Below, piece after piece: positions 1 through 8,047 of a stretch of DNA of 58,299 nt; the first letter of the stretch is position 1; each line of letters opens with the position of its first letter. The DNA is from Bacteroidota bacterium (GTDB taxonomy: Bacteria > Bacteroidota > Bacteroidia > Bacteroidales > JACABE01). The notes beneath the pieces were generated by a model. It ran no database searches. It saw only the letters and a list, made by a program, of their open reading frames with translations, and was not told where the DNA came from. The position numbers and the translations under genes are program-made. The stretch is from positions 1-58,299 of the forward strand of contig JBAXLO010000001.1 in assembly GCA_037134755.1 (NCBI GenBank), given 5' to 3'.

Positions 1-257
1 GGCAACTGATCCAACTCCTGATACACATATTCCACCTTTATAAGATTATTGAAACGGGAAGTATTAAAAGCAGCAGTAAAGTCATCTTTAAAACTATTTT
101 TAATAACAAAAACCACTTTGCCGAAGCCTGCTCTTATAGCATCATACACAGAATAGTCCATGATAGTTTCGCCCGAAGGACCTAACTTCTCTATTTGTTT
201 ATTTCCTCCGAAACGACTGCCCATTCCAGCAGCTAATATTACGAGTGTTGGTTGCAT
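1..257 (-). CDS. sugar-phosphate nucleotidyltransferase-family protein, N-terminal part (gene runs off the window start)
   Basis: My own minus-strand translation from the ATG at 257-255 gives MQPTLVILAAGMGSRFGGNKQIEKLGPSGETIMDYSVYDAIRAGFGKVVFVIK... The LAAGxGxRFGG loop is typical of the NTP_transferase fold. It is absent from the ORF track because it is truncated by the window edge. Confidence 0.65.
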   Translation of the reverse strand, partial: MQPTLVILAAGMGSRFGGNKQIEKLGPSGETIMDYSVYDAIRAGFGKVVFVIKNSFKDDFTAAFNTSRFNNLIKVEYVYQELDQL

Positions 258-282
258 ATTCGTTTTTTTAGTATTTGTTGTT

Positions 283-365
283 ACCGCTTAGCCGATTTCC
301 GGCTTAGCGGTTATGATTCTATTCTTTTTTAATTGTATTACTTTCTTTTTAATCCGCTAAGCGGA
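283..365. repeat. REP-like palindromes on the stop-codon side of RAYT copy 1
   Basis: 283-311 is ACCGCTTAGCCG-ATTTC-CGGCTTAGCGGT, a 12-bp stem with one central mismatch. 353-365 is the short palindrome TCCGCTAAGCGGA. Confidence 0.8.
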
Positions 366-376
366 ATTCGCAACAT

Positions 377-970
377 TTAATCATTTTCATATAAATCTAC
401 TATTCTATTATTGTTTAATATAATATATGATTGCACATAAAAATCTTCTATATCAAAATTAACTATTTCATAAGCTAATTCTTTATTTAATAATGTTCCT
501 TTTCTTTTACCAATATAATCTATAAAAGAAGAAAACTCCCAATCTTCCATTTTATCAACAAGTTTAGCTACAATAGGGTTTTGATGAATATAATAGAAAC
601 AATCTCTTGCATAATCACCTATTTGATAGTTTAATTGTTTGGCTCTTGTTTTATGAGAAAATAAAGAGCCTTTTCTAGCTTGTTGTTTATTTAATGCTTG
701 TGTGTATGAACTAAGCATAGTTCTTATTGATTTTGATAATGCTTGAGCAAAGATATTATTCTTTTCATTAGTATTTTCTTCAGCTTCTTTTTTAGTATTA
801 ATTAATAAATGAAAATGATTTGGCATAAGGCAATATGCAATTATATCAGCATAAGGTAGAATATGAGTTCTTATTTTTCTCATAAAAAACAAATAATTCT
901 CTCTATTGAAAAAGACTTGTTCATTGCTTCTATTATAGATATGATAAGTATAATTTTCTTTAAAGTTCAT
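377..970 (-). CDS. REP-associated tyrosine transposase (RAYT; IS200/IS605-type Y1 transposase fold), copy 1
   Basis: 197-aa ORF with YHIYNRSNEQ.FF, the HUH-type motif MPNHFHLL, and YIHQNP..AKLV...WEFSS with the catalytic-Tyr context. It is flanked on both sides by REP palindromes. Confidence 0.85.
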   Translation of the reverse strand: MNFKENYTYHIYNRSNEQVFFNRENYLFFMRKIRTHILPYADIIAYCLMPNHFHLLINTKKEAEENTNEKNNIFAQALSKSIRTMLSSYTQALNKQQARKGSLFSHKTRAKQLNYQIGDYARDCFYYIHQNPIVAKLVDKMEDWEFSSFIDYIGKRKGTLLNKELAYEIVNFDIEDFYVQSYIILNNNRIVDLYEND

Positions 971-997
971 TACTTGTTTTTAAATTGTTTGTTTGTT

Positions 998-1096
998 GCC
1001 GCTTAGCCGATTTCCGGCTTTGCGGTTATTATCTAATCTTTATCTTTAGTTTGCTTTTTCTTTTATCCGCTAAGCGGTTTGGAACCGCTAAGCGGA
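998..1096. repeat. REP-like palindromes on the start-codon side of RAYT copy 1
   Basis: 998-1026 is GCCGCTTAGCCGATTTCCGGCTTTGCGGT, the same palindrome as 283-311 with one change. 1066-1096 is TCCGCTAAGCGGTT-TGG-AACCGCTAAGCGGA. Confidence 0.8.
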
Positions 1097-1260
1097 AATA
1101 CATTTGCATTAGCATCTTATTAAGTTTGTAAAAGTAGTAAAATTCTTAGAAACTGAGCTGATAAATTATTCCAATAAATCGAATAATATTGATAATTTAC
1201 TTAAAAAAGGTACTTAAAATGAAATTCAATGGAAATAGTGTTTTTGTAAAGCTTTAATTA

Positions 1261-1475
1261 TGACCTGAATCACTACCCTTTTTTTTGAGGGGAAGCAAAA
1301 CAGTCCTGTTTTGCTTCCCCTAGGATTCAGGAGTAGTGATTCAGGTCTGTTTTAGTCACTTCCATTTTGAGGGGAGGCAATTCAGGTCTGTTTTAGACAC
1401 ATCCAATTTCAGGGGGAGCAATTCAGCCCTGTTTTGCTTCCCCCAGTTAATAATGGTGGCAAAACAGGATTATTT
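1261..1475. repeat. GC-enriched nested-hairpin and 41-bp tandem-repeat element
   Basis: The outer stem GACCTGAATCACTAC (1262-1276) / GTAGTGATTCAGGTC (1333-1347) encloses a perfect 15-bp hairpin GGGGAAGCAAAACAG-TC-CTGTTTTGCTTCCCC (1289-1320). TTCAGGTCTGTTTTAG... units follow, starting at 1340, 1381 and 1422 (41-bp spacing). The element ends in a second GGGGGAGCAA...TTGCTTCCCCC hairpin. Confidence 0.8.
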
Positions 1476-1646
1476 TAGTTAAATTTAACTTTTGTGGATA
1501 AACTGTAGAAAGATTTATCTTAAGTTGTTTTTATTAATAAAAAATGATTTTGGTATGATAATTTATAGAAGGACGACTCGTTTTTTCTTTGTTTTATGAA
1601 AACAAAAATTATAATGTTTTTTTAAAAATCTAGTTTAATGAAAACT

Positions 1647-2426
1647 CTATAACTTAAAAACAAATCCTGCCAAAGGAAGTAAATGCCATTGGTCGCCCGG
1701 TACATATTTGCCATAGCATAGTTTATATCCCAGTTCTATTTTGCATGTTTGCTTTTTAGAAATATAAGTCAAGCCAAGATTATGTTCCATAAAATAATTA
1801 AAATCAGTATTGCTAAACCAAAAGTTGTCAACACTTAATTGCCAGCCCAAACGTCTAATAATCGTCCCTCTAAAATCAATACCGGCATCAAGTTCAGGCT
1901 GGTTGTAGAAAACAGCAAGTCGGGGATAGAAAATAGGGAAATCAATAGTTGACTGTGGATTTAACTCGCCGGAATTAATGGCAAATTTAAATCCTGCATT
2001 AATAGTTAAAATTGCTTTCTTAAATGGGATATATGAAACTAAAAGTTGGTTATTAATTGCAAGCATATCAGGTATTTTGTATTCGGGTGAGATTAATCCT
2101 CCGGTACCTTTTGTAGCAACAGTCCGCATAAAAATGGAAGGATAAAAGATGCCATGCTTACTGGCAAAATAAAAGCCATGATAACTTCCCCAGTATTTCT
2201 TTATCTGAAAATTAGGTAATAGAAAACATACAATTAAATGTGGAGAAGATATTTGTAAATCATCTTTTAAACCATAAGAAGATTCGTCTAGGATGCCAAG
2301 TTCAAACCTATGTTTGGGCATTGTAAAAGCGGTGCCATTATTAAAATATTTGTAAGATAAACTATCCTGAGCATTCAAACTTAAGATGCTTAAGTTTATT
2401 ATTATAATGAATAAATATTTTTTCAT
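1647..2426 (-). CDS. hypothetical secreted protein, possibly an outer-membrane beta-barrel
   Basis: 259-aa ORF with N-terminal signal peptide MKKYLFIIIINLSILSLNAQ. It has alternating hydrophobic/aromatic beta-like segments and a C-terminal ...GFVFKL. No recognisable catalytic motif. Confidence 0.55.
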   Translation of the reverse strand: MKKYLFIIIINLSILSLNAQDSLSYKYFNNGTAFTMPKHRFELGILDESSYGLKDDLQISSPHLIVCFLLPNFQIKKYWGSYHGFYFASKHGIFYPSIFMRTVATKGTGGLISPEYKIPDMLAINNQLLVSYIPFKKAILTINAGFKFAINSGELNPQSTIDFPIFYPRLAVFYNQPELDAGIDFRGTIIRRLGWQLSVDNFWFSNTDFNYFMEHNLGLTYISKKQTCKIELGYKLCYGKYVPGDQWHLLPLAGFVFKL

Positions 2427-2437
2427 AATCTATTTTA

Positions 2438-3535
2438 TTATTTAGATAAACTTATGGATACACTTAACGGGCAATGATCAGATTCAGGAAGTGCTTCCTG
2501 ATGCGTGACTACCGAATTAGTAATCCAGCTTTTATTAGTAAACAAATGATCGAGCGTTCGATCCCAGAAATGGGTTGGTCTATCAGTATGTGTAAAATAT
2601 TTATATTGATTTATAATATAGTCGGTAGTTGGGACTGCAGGTTTGTATTTAGTGTATAAATAATTCAACCAAGTTTGTTCGGGAGTATAATTACTTCCAT
2701 CTTTATGAGGACCACTACTTGAAGTATGATAAGATTCGCCGGGACACATATCCTGAATACAAAAGTCAGTAGTGTCCGAATTAGGTGGCAATGTATTTAA
2801 ATCGCCACCAGCAACAAATATTCCTCCCATATTATTTATCCTGTCTAATTCATTCACAAAGCTTACAATATGTTTATACTTTGAATCATCAGTTGCAAAG
2901 GCAGAAGCATGAATATTTACAGCATAAAAATTATTATTATGAGGCAAATTAACTTTACAATTAAGCATGCAACATCTTTCATAAAAATAACGAGTCAAAT
3001 TATCCTGATCATTACGCAAAGCAAGCTGAATACGATGCGCATCAGTAAGACTCCAGCGAGAGAGAATCATATTTGTTTCTTCTAATCTACCAATACCATC
3101 GCTGGGTATAAACTGAGCTTTCCATTGAAAAGCCGACACTGCATAATTAAAATAAGTATGATTTAATATCCATCGTACCTGATCAATATAAGCCGAACGC
3201 TTAGAGTTTAAATCTACTTCCTGAAGCAAAAGGATGTCAGGTTTCAGAAGATTAATCCTATTAACAATTGCTGTAAGATTGGTGTAAATTTCATCCGGAG
3301 TAAAAATAACCCTGCTTCCACAAGCATCACCAAACCATGGCAATCTACCGGCACCAAACCTGATATTCCATGTCATAACTTTAAGAGAAGTAAATGTGTC
3401 GGGAACATATTTAATAGTACTAGCCGAATAATACTGAGCATCTTCAATGTCATTAAAACCTGTTGCCATAGGTTCGCATGAGTTAAAGATGATACCTGTT
3501 AAGAATAGTATGAAAAGCGTATAGATTTTATTCAA
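2438..3535 (-). CDS. endonuclease/exonuclease/phosphatase (EEP) family protein, secreted
   Basis: Signal peptide plus EEP motifs: VMTWNIRFG, LLLQEVD, GGDLN and C-terminal SDHCPL. Confidence 0.85.
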   Translation of the reverse strand: MNKIYTLFILFLTGIIFNSCEPMATGFNDIEDAQYYSASTIKYVPDTFTSLKVMTWNIRFGAGRLPWFGDACGSRVIFTPDEIYTNLTAIVNRINLLKPDILLLQEVDLNSKRSAYIDQVRWILNHTYFNYAVSAFQWKAQFIPSDGIGRLEETNMILSRWSLTDAHRIQLALRNDQDNLTRYFYERCCMLNCKVNLPHNNNFYAVNIHASAFATDDSKYKHIVSFVNELDRINNMGGIFVAGGDLNTLPPNSDTTDFCIQDMCPGESYHTSSSGPHKDGSNYTPEQTWLNYLYTKYKPAVPTTDYIINQYKYFTHTDRPTHFWDRTLDHLFTNKSWITNSVVTHQEALPESDHCPLSVSISLSK

Positions 3536-3682
3536 TTGTAAAACATTTTAATTCAACAATAGAGAAATAACAAACAAAATTATTACTTTGTTAATAATAA
3601 GATGTAAAAGTAGTAAATAATTAAATAAATCAAAGAAAAAATAAAACATTTTTGTTTTCATGCACAATTCATAATTAATTTG

Positions 3683-3690
3683 TACTTTTG
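3683..3690 (+). promoter_or_regulatory. putative Bacteroidota -7 box (TAnnTTTG) for the fucosidase-xyl operon
   Basis: TACTTTTG lies about 40 nt upstream of the ATG at 3731. Confidence 0.4.
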
Positions 3691-3730
3691 GTGATTAGTT
3701 TTAGATGTTAATTCTAATTAATTATACAAA

Positions 3731-5191
3731 ATGAAAACAAAGCCTATTACCTTTATAACTATTGTTTTGCTTAGCATGCTTATTAGTATTAATGCTGTCT
3801 CGCAAAAAGTAAATCCTCCTGCACCTTATGGCGCTCTCCCCAGCGAACGTCAGCTGGCATGGCACGAAATGGAGTTCTATGGTTTTATACATTATACCGT
3901 TAACGCTTTTACCGATAGAGAATGGGGCAATGGCGATGAAGACCCTTCTATATTTGCTCCAACACAGTTGGATGTAAACCAATGGGCGAAGACGGCAAAG
4001 GCAGCAGGCATGAAAGCTTTGATATTAACTGCCAAGCACCATGATGGATTTTGTTTGTGGCCAAGTAAATATACAGAACATTCAATAAAGAATAGTCCCG
4101 TAAAAGATCATAATATAGTTAAGGAACTGGCAGCAGCATGCAAAGCAAACGGTTTAAAGTTTGGTGTTTATCTTTCGCCATGGGACAGGAATAGTGCCAT
4201 GTATGCCGATACCGCTTATATTACTTATTATAGAAAACAGTTAACTGAATTGCTAACGGAAAATGGTGATATCTTCGAGGTTTGGTTTGATGGTGCCAAT
4301 GGTGGTGATGGTTATTATGGTGGAGCAAAAGAAAAGCGTACTATTGATAAGAAAACATATTATCAGTGGGATAAAACACGTGCATTGGTTCGCAAACTTC
4401 AACCTAATGCATGTATGTTTAGTGATGCCGGTCCTGATTGTCGTTGGTGTGGAAACGAAGATGGTATAGCTGGAGTTACTAATTGGAATACTATAAATAC
4501 AATTGGTTTATTTCCCGGTATAGCTAATCAGAACGAATTAAATTCAGGTGTTCGTAATGGTAGTGACTGGATTCCTGCCGAAACAGATGTATCTATTCGT
4601 CCGGGCTGGTTTTATCATGCAAGTCAGGACAGCAATGTAAAATCTCCAAAAAAACTTTTGGAAATATATTATAACTCTGTTGGAAGAGGTTCAAATCTTT
4701 TATTAAATTTGCCACCTGATAAAAGAGGTTTAATTCATGAAAATGATGTTAAATCTTTAAAAGAAATGCGAAAGATACTTGATGAAACATTTGCTAATAA
4801 TCTTGCTAAAGGTAAAAAAGTAACTGCTTCAAACTACAGAGGGAATGATAAACTTTATGCTCCTGCTAATACAATTGATAATAATAAAGATACTTACTGG
4901 GCAACCGATGATAAAATAAAAAGTCCAGAACTGATAGTTGATTTTGGTGATAAAGTAACTTTCAACAGGGTTAAAGTTAAAGAATATATTAAATTTGGAC
5001 AACGTATAGAAGGCTTTGCAATAGACTATTGGAACAACGGGAAATGGGAACTATTGGAAGAAGGCACAAGTATAGGTTATCAAAGAATACTTTGCACTAA
5101 GAATGTTACAACAACAAAGGTTAAATTAAGGATAACAAAGAGTCCTGTATGTGTTGCTATTTCTGAATTTGGAATATATTTACAAAAATAA
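3731..5191 (+). CDS. alpha-L-fucosidase (GH29) with C-terminal F5/8 type C (discoidin) domain
   Basis: Signal peptide plus GH29 hallmarks: FIHYTVNAFTDREWG, LTAKHHDGFCLWPS, SPWD, FEVWFDGANGG. The C-terminus is discoidin-like: NTIDNNKDTYWATDD...ISEFGIY. Confidence 0.9.
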   Translation: MKTKPITFITIVLLSMLISINAVSQKVNPPAPYGALPSERQLAWHEMEFYGFIHYTVNAFTDREWGNGDEDPSIFAPTQLDVNQWAKTAKAAGMKALILTAKHHDGFCLWPSKYTEHSIKNSPVKDHNIVKELAAACKANGLKFGVYLSPWDRNSAMYADTAYITYYRKQLTELLTENGDIFEVWFDGANGGDGYYGGAKEKRTIDKKTYYQWDKTRALVRKLQPNACMFSDAGPDCRWCGNEDGIAGVTNWNTINTIGLFPGIANQNELNSGVRNGSDWIPAETDVSIRPGWFYHASQDSNVKSPKKLLEIYYNSVGRGSNLLLNLPPDKRGLIHENDVKSLKEMRKILDETFANNLAKGKKVTASNYRGNDKLYAPANTIDNNKDTYWATDDKIKSPELIVDFGDKVTFNRVKVKEYIKFGQRIEGFAIDYWNNGKWELLEEGTSIGYQRILCTKNVTTTKVKLRITKSPVCVAISEFGIYLQK

Positions 5192-5194
5192 TTT

Positions 5195-6685
5195 ATGACA
5201 TTACTTGGTTACGATTTAGGAAGTTCTTCAGTAAAAGCCTCATTAATTGATGCCATTACCGGGAAATGTATTGCTAAGGCACAGTATCCGGATACTGAGA
5301 TGAAGATAAATGCACCGCAAGCAGGTTGGGCAGAACAAGACCCTGAAATATGGTGGGAATATATTGGCAAGGTTACTAAACTTATCCTTTCAAATCCCGG
5401 TGTTGATGCCAATGATATAAAAGCCATTGGTATTTCCTATCAGATGCATGGTTTGGTTTTGATTGATAAGGAAAAGAAAGTTCTTCGCCCTTCTATTATC
5501 TGGTGCGATAGCCGTGCAGTTCCTTATGGTGAAAAAGCTTTTAAAGAGATAGGTGAAGAGAAATGTTTGGAAGAATTATTAAATTCACCCGGCAACTTTA
5601 CTGCCTCAAAACTTAAATGGGTTAAGGAAAACGAGCCTGCTATATATAATAAGGTATATAAGATGTTGCTTCCCGGAGATTATATTGCGATGATGCTTAC
5701 TGGTGAATGCAAAACTACTACAATAGGTTTGTCGGAAGGTATTCTGTGGAACTTTAAGAAGGAAGATATTGCTGATATGCTTTTGGATTATTATGGTATT
5801 AATAAAGATTTAATTCCTGATAGAACTCCTATTATGGGCATTCAGGGGAAAGTAAATAAGATGGCTTCTGAATTGCTTGGCCTTCCTGAGGGGATTCCTG
5901 TTGCATATCGTGCCGGCGATCAACCTAATAATGCACTTTCGTTAAATGTTCTCAATCCCGGGGAGGTGGCTGCAACGGCAGGCACCTCAGGTGTAGTTTA
6001 TGGTGTTAATGATAAGATTCTATTTGACCCTGCTTCCAGAGTAAATACCTTTGTACATGTAAATCATACTAAAGATAAGCCTCGTTATGGGGTATTGCTT
6101 TGCATTAATGGCACAGGTATTTTGTATTCTTGGATGAAAAGAATGTTTGGAGGTAAATATTCTTATGATGAACTGAATCTTAAAGCTGAGAAGGCAAATA
6201 TTGGTTCGGATGGTTTGATATTTATCCCTTTCGGGAATGGCTCTGAAAGAATGCTTGGCAATAAGATTGTAAATGCCGGTATGATGAATCTTAATTTTAA
6301 TATTCATGGTGAAAATGAACTGATACGTTCTGCAATTGAGGGCATAGCTTTCTCTTTTGCTTATGGTATGAAAATCTTAAATAGCACAGGAGTTCAGACT
6401 AAGACTATCAAAGCAGGCAATGCTAATTTGTTTTTAAGTCCTGTGTTCAGGCAGACTTTAGCCAATGCCACAGGTTCTATTATTGAATTATATGATACCG
6501 ATGGAGCCACTGGAGCTGCAATTGGAGCAGGAATTGGTTCAGGTATTTATAAATCGGAAGAAGAAGCTTTCAAGAATTTAAATGTAATCGGCATTACCAA
6601 ACCTGATAGTAATGCTATTGAAATGACAACCACTGCTTGCGAAAAATGGATTCATACATTAGAAACGCAGTTAACAAATTTATAA
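5195..6685 (+). CDS. xylB: xylulokinase (FGGY carbohydrate kinase)
   Basis: FGGY N-terminus LGYDLGSSSVKA, plus GDQPNNALS and TSGVVYGV. It sits directly upstream of xylA, with a 3-nt gap to the preceding gene. Confidence 0.85.
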   Translation: MTLLGYDLGSSSVKASLIDAITGKCIAKAQYPDTEMKINAPQAGWAEQDPEIWWEYIGKVTKLILSNPGVDANDIKAIGISYQMHGLVLIDKEKKVLRPSIIWCDSRAVPYGEKAFKEIGEEKCLEELLNSPGNFTASKLKWVKENEPAIYNKVYKMLLPGDYIAMMLTGECKTTTIGLSEGILWNFKKEDIADMLLDYYGINKDLIPDRTPIMGIQGKVNKMASELLGLPEGIPVAYRAGDQPNNALSLNVLNPGEVAATAGTSGVVYGVNDKILFDPASRVNTFVHVNHTKDKPRYGVLLCINGTGILYSWMKRMFGGKYSYDELNLKAEKANIGSDGLIFIPFGNGSERMLGNKIVNAGMMNLNFNIHGENELIRSAIEGIAFSFAYGMKILNSTGVQTKTIKAGNANLFLSPVFRQTLANATGSIIELYDTDGATGAAIGAGIGSGIYKSEEEAFKNLNVIGITKPDSNAIEMTTTACEKWIHTLETQLTNL

Positions 6686-6706
6686 ACAAAAAATACAATA
6701 ATAATT

Positions 6707-8035
6707 ATGGAGTATCTTACAGGTGACGTTGAATTCTTTCATGGAATAGGAAGAATTAAGTTTGAAGGTAGAAGTTCAAGGAATCCCTTGGCATATAAGT
6801 GGTACAACGAAAATCAGATCGTTGGCGGAAAGACGATGAAGGAACACATGCGCTTTGCAGTTGCTTACTGGCATAGTTTCTGCGGTACCGGTGCCGATCC
6901 TTTTGGTCCCGGAACTAAGATTTATCCTTGGGCCGACATTAAAGATCCTATTGAAAAGGCTAAGGCTAAGATGGATTTCGCTTTTGAGTTTATTAGTAAG
7001 TTGGGTGTGCCTTTTTATTGTTTTCATGATTATGATTTAGTTGAAGAGGCTGATTCTATCTTGGAATCTGAGAAAAGACTTCTGACTATGGTTGAGTATG
7101 CTAAGCAGAAACAAGCTGCTTCAGGTGTTAAGCTTTTGTGGGGAACTGCAAATGTATTTTCAAATCCAAGATACATGAATGGTGCTTCTACCAACCCTGA
7201 TTTCCATGCTTTATCTCATGCCGGAACTCAGGTTAAGAATGCCATAGATGCTACCATTGCTCTCGGTGGTCAGAATTATGTTTTCTGGGGTGGAAGAGAA
7301 GGTTATATGACTTTGTTGAATACTGATATGAAACGCGAGAAAGAACATTTAGGTCGTTTCTTAACTATGGCAAGAGATTATGCCCGCAAACAAGGGTTTA
7401 AAGGAACTTTCTTAATTGAACCTAAACCCATGGAACCTACTAAACACCAATATGATTTTGATACAGAAACAGTGATTGGTTTCTTACGCTATTTTGGTTT
7501 AGAAAACGATTTCAAATTAAATATTGAAGTTAATCATGCAACATTAGCCGGTCATACTTTCCAGCATGAACTGCAATGTGCTGCTGATGCTGGTTTGTTA
7601 GGTAGTATTGATGCCAATCGTGGAGACTATCAGAATGGCTGGGATACTGATCAGTTTGTTTTGAATATTTATGAGACTATTGAAGCTATGCTAGTGATAC
7701 TTGGCAATGGTGGTTTCACTAATGGAGGTATTAATTTTGATGCTAAGATAAGAAGAAACTCTACGGATCCTCAGGATTTATTTATAGCACATATCTCTGC
7801 TATGGATGTGTTTGCCCGTGCTTTGGTTATAGCTAATGAATTGCTTACAAATTCCGAACTTCCACAATGGAAGAAAGAGCGTTATGCTTCTTTTGATTCA
7901 GGTAAGGGTTTGGCTTATGAACAAGGTAAGCTTACACTTGAAGATCTAAGGACTTATGCAATAGAAAACGGTGAGCCTGAGATGAGAAGTGGCAAGCAGG
8001 AATTGTACGAACAGTTAATTAATCTATACATTTAA
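6707..8035 (+). CDS. xylA: xylose isomerase
   Basis: 442 aa with the class II XylA motifs [50 protein letters not shown]. Confidence 0.95.
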   Translation: MEYLTGDVEFFHGIGRIKFEGRSSRNPLAYKWYNENQIVGGKTMKEHMRFAVAYWHSFCGTGADPFGPGTKIYPWADIKDPIEKAKAKMDFAFEFISKLGVPFYCFHDYDLVEEADSILESEKRLLTMVEYAKQKQAASGVKLLWGTANVFSNPRYMNGASTNPDFHALSHAGTQVKNAIDATIALGGQNYVFWGGREGYMTLLNTDMKREKEHLGRFLTMARDYARKQGFKGTFLIEPKPMEPTKHQYDFDTETVIGFLRYFGLENDFKLNIEVNHATLAGHTFQHELQCAADAGLLGSIDANRGDYQNGWDTDQFVLNIYETIEAMLVILGNGGFTNGGINFDAKIRRNSTDPQDLFIAHISAMDVFARALVIANELLTNSELPQWKKERYASFDSGKGLAYEQGKLTLEDLRTYAIENGEPEMRSGKQELYEQLINLYI

Positions 8036-8047
8036 TACCTATAAATT

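Noticed and set aside
377-970. Calling the two 197-aa Y1 transposase genes ordinary IS200/IS605 insertion sequences
   Set aside because: There is no tnpB/iscB partner. The flanks are symmetric REP palindromes rather than distinct LE/RE subterminal hairpins. The two copies are diverged and each has its own REP type. This fits domesticated RAYTs better than a multi-copy IS.
2474-2659. Short antisense or overlapping track ORFs inside strong CDSs. These include 2474..2659, 3722..3982, 4263..4469, 5209..5427, 6020..6307, 6776..7027, 6855..7040, 8770..9060, 10597..10788, 15897..16349, 17242..17475, 20576..20979, 21722..21925, 23201..23701, 24074..24377, 24698..24901, 27178..27372, 27716..28000, 30856..31227, 31884..32066, 32483..32689, 33633..33909, 36897..37130, 39009..39212, 44198..45049, 45605..45793, 46549..46761, 49171..49398, 51150..51380, 53321..53545, 55112..55445, 56161..56376 and 57232..57417.
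   Set aside because: Each lies wholly within, or opposite to, a longer ORF with clear homology or family signatures. Their translations are low-complexity, Cys/Ile/Leu-rich and motif-free, as is typical of shadow ORFs.
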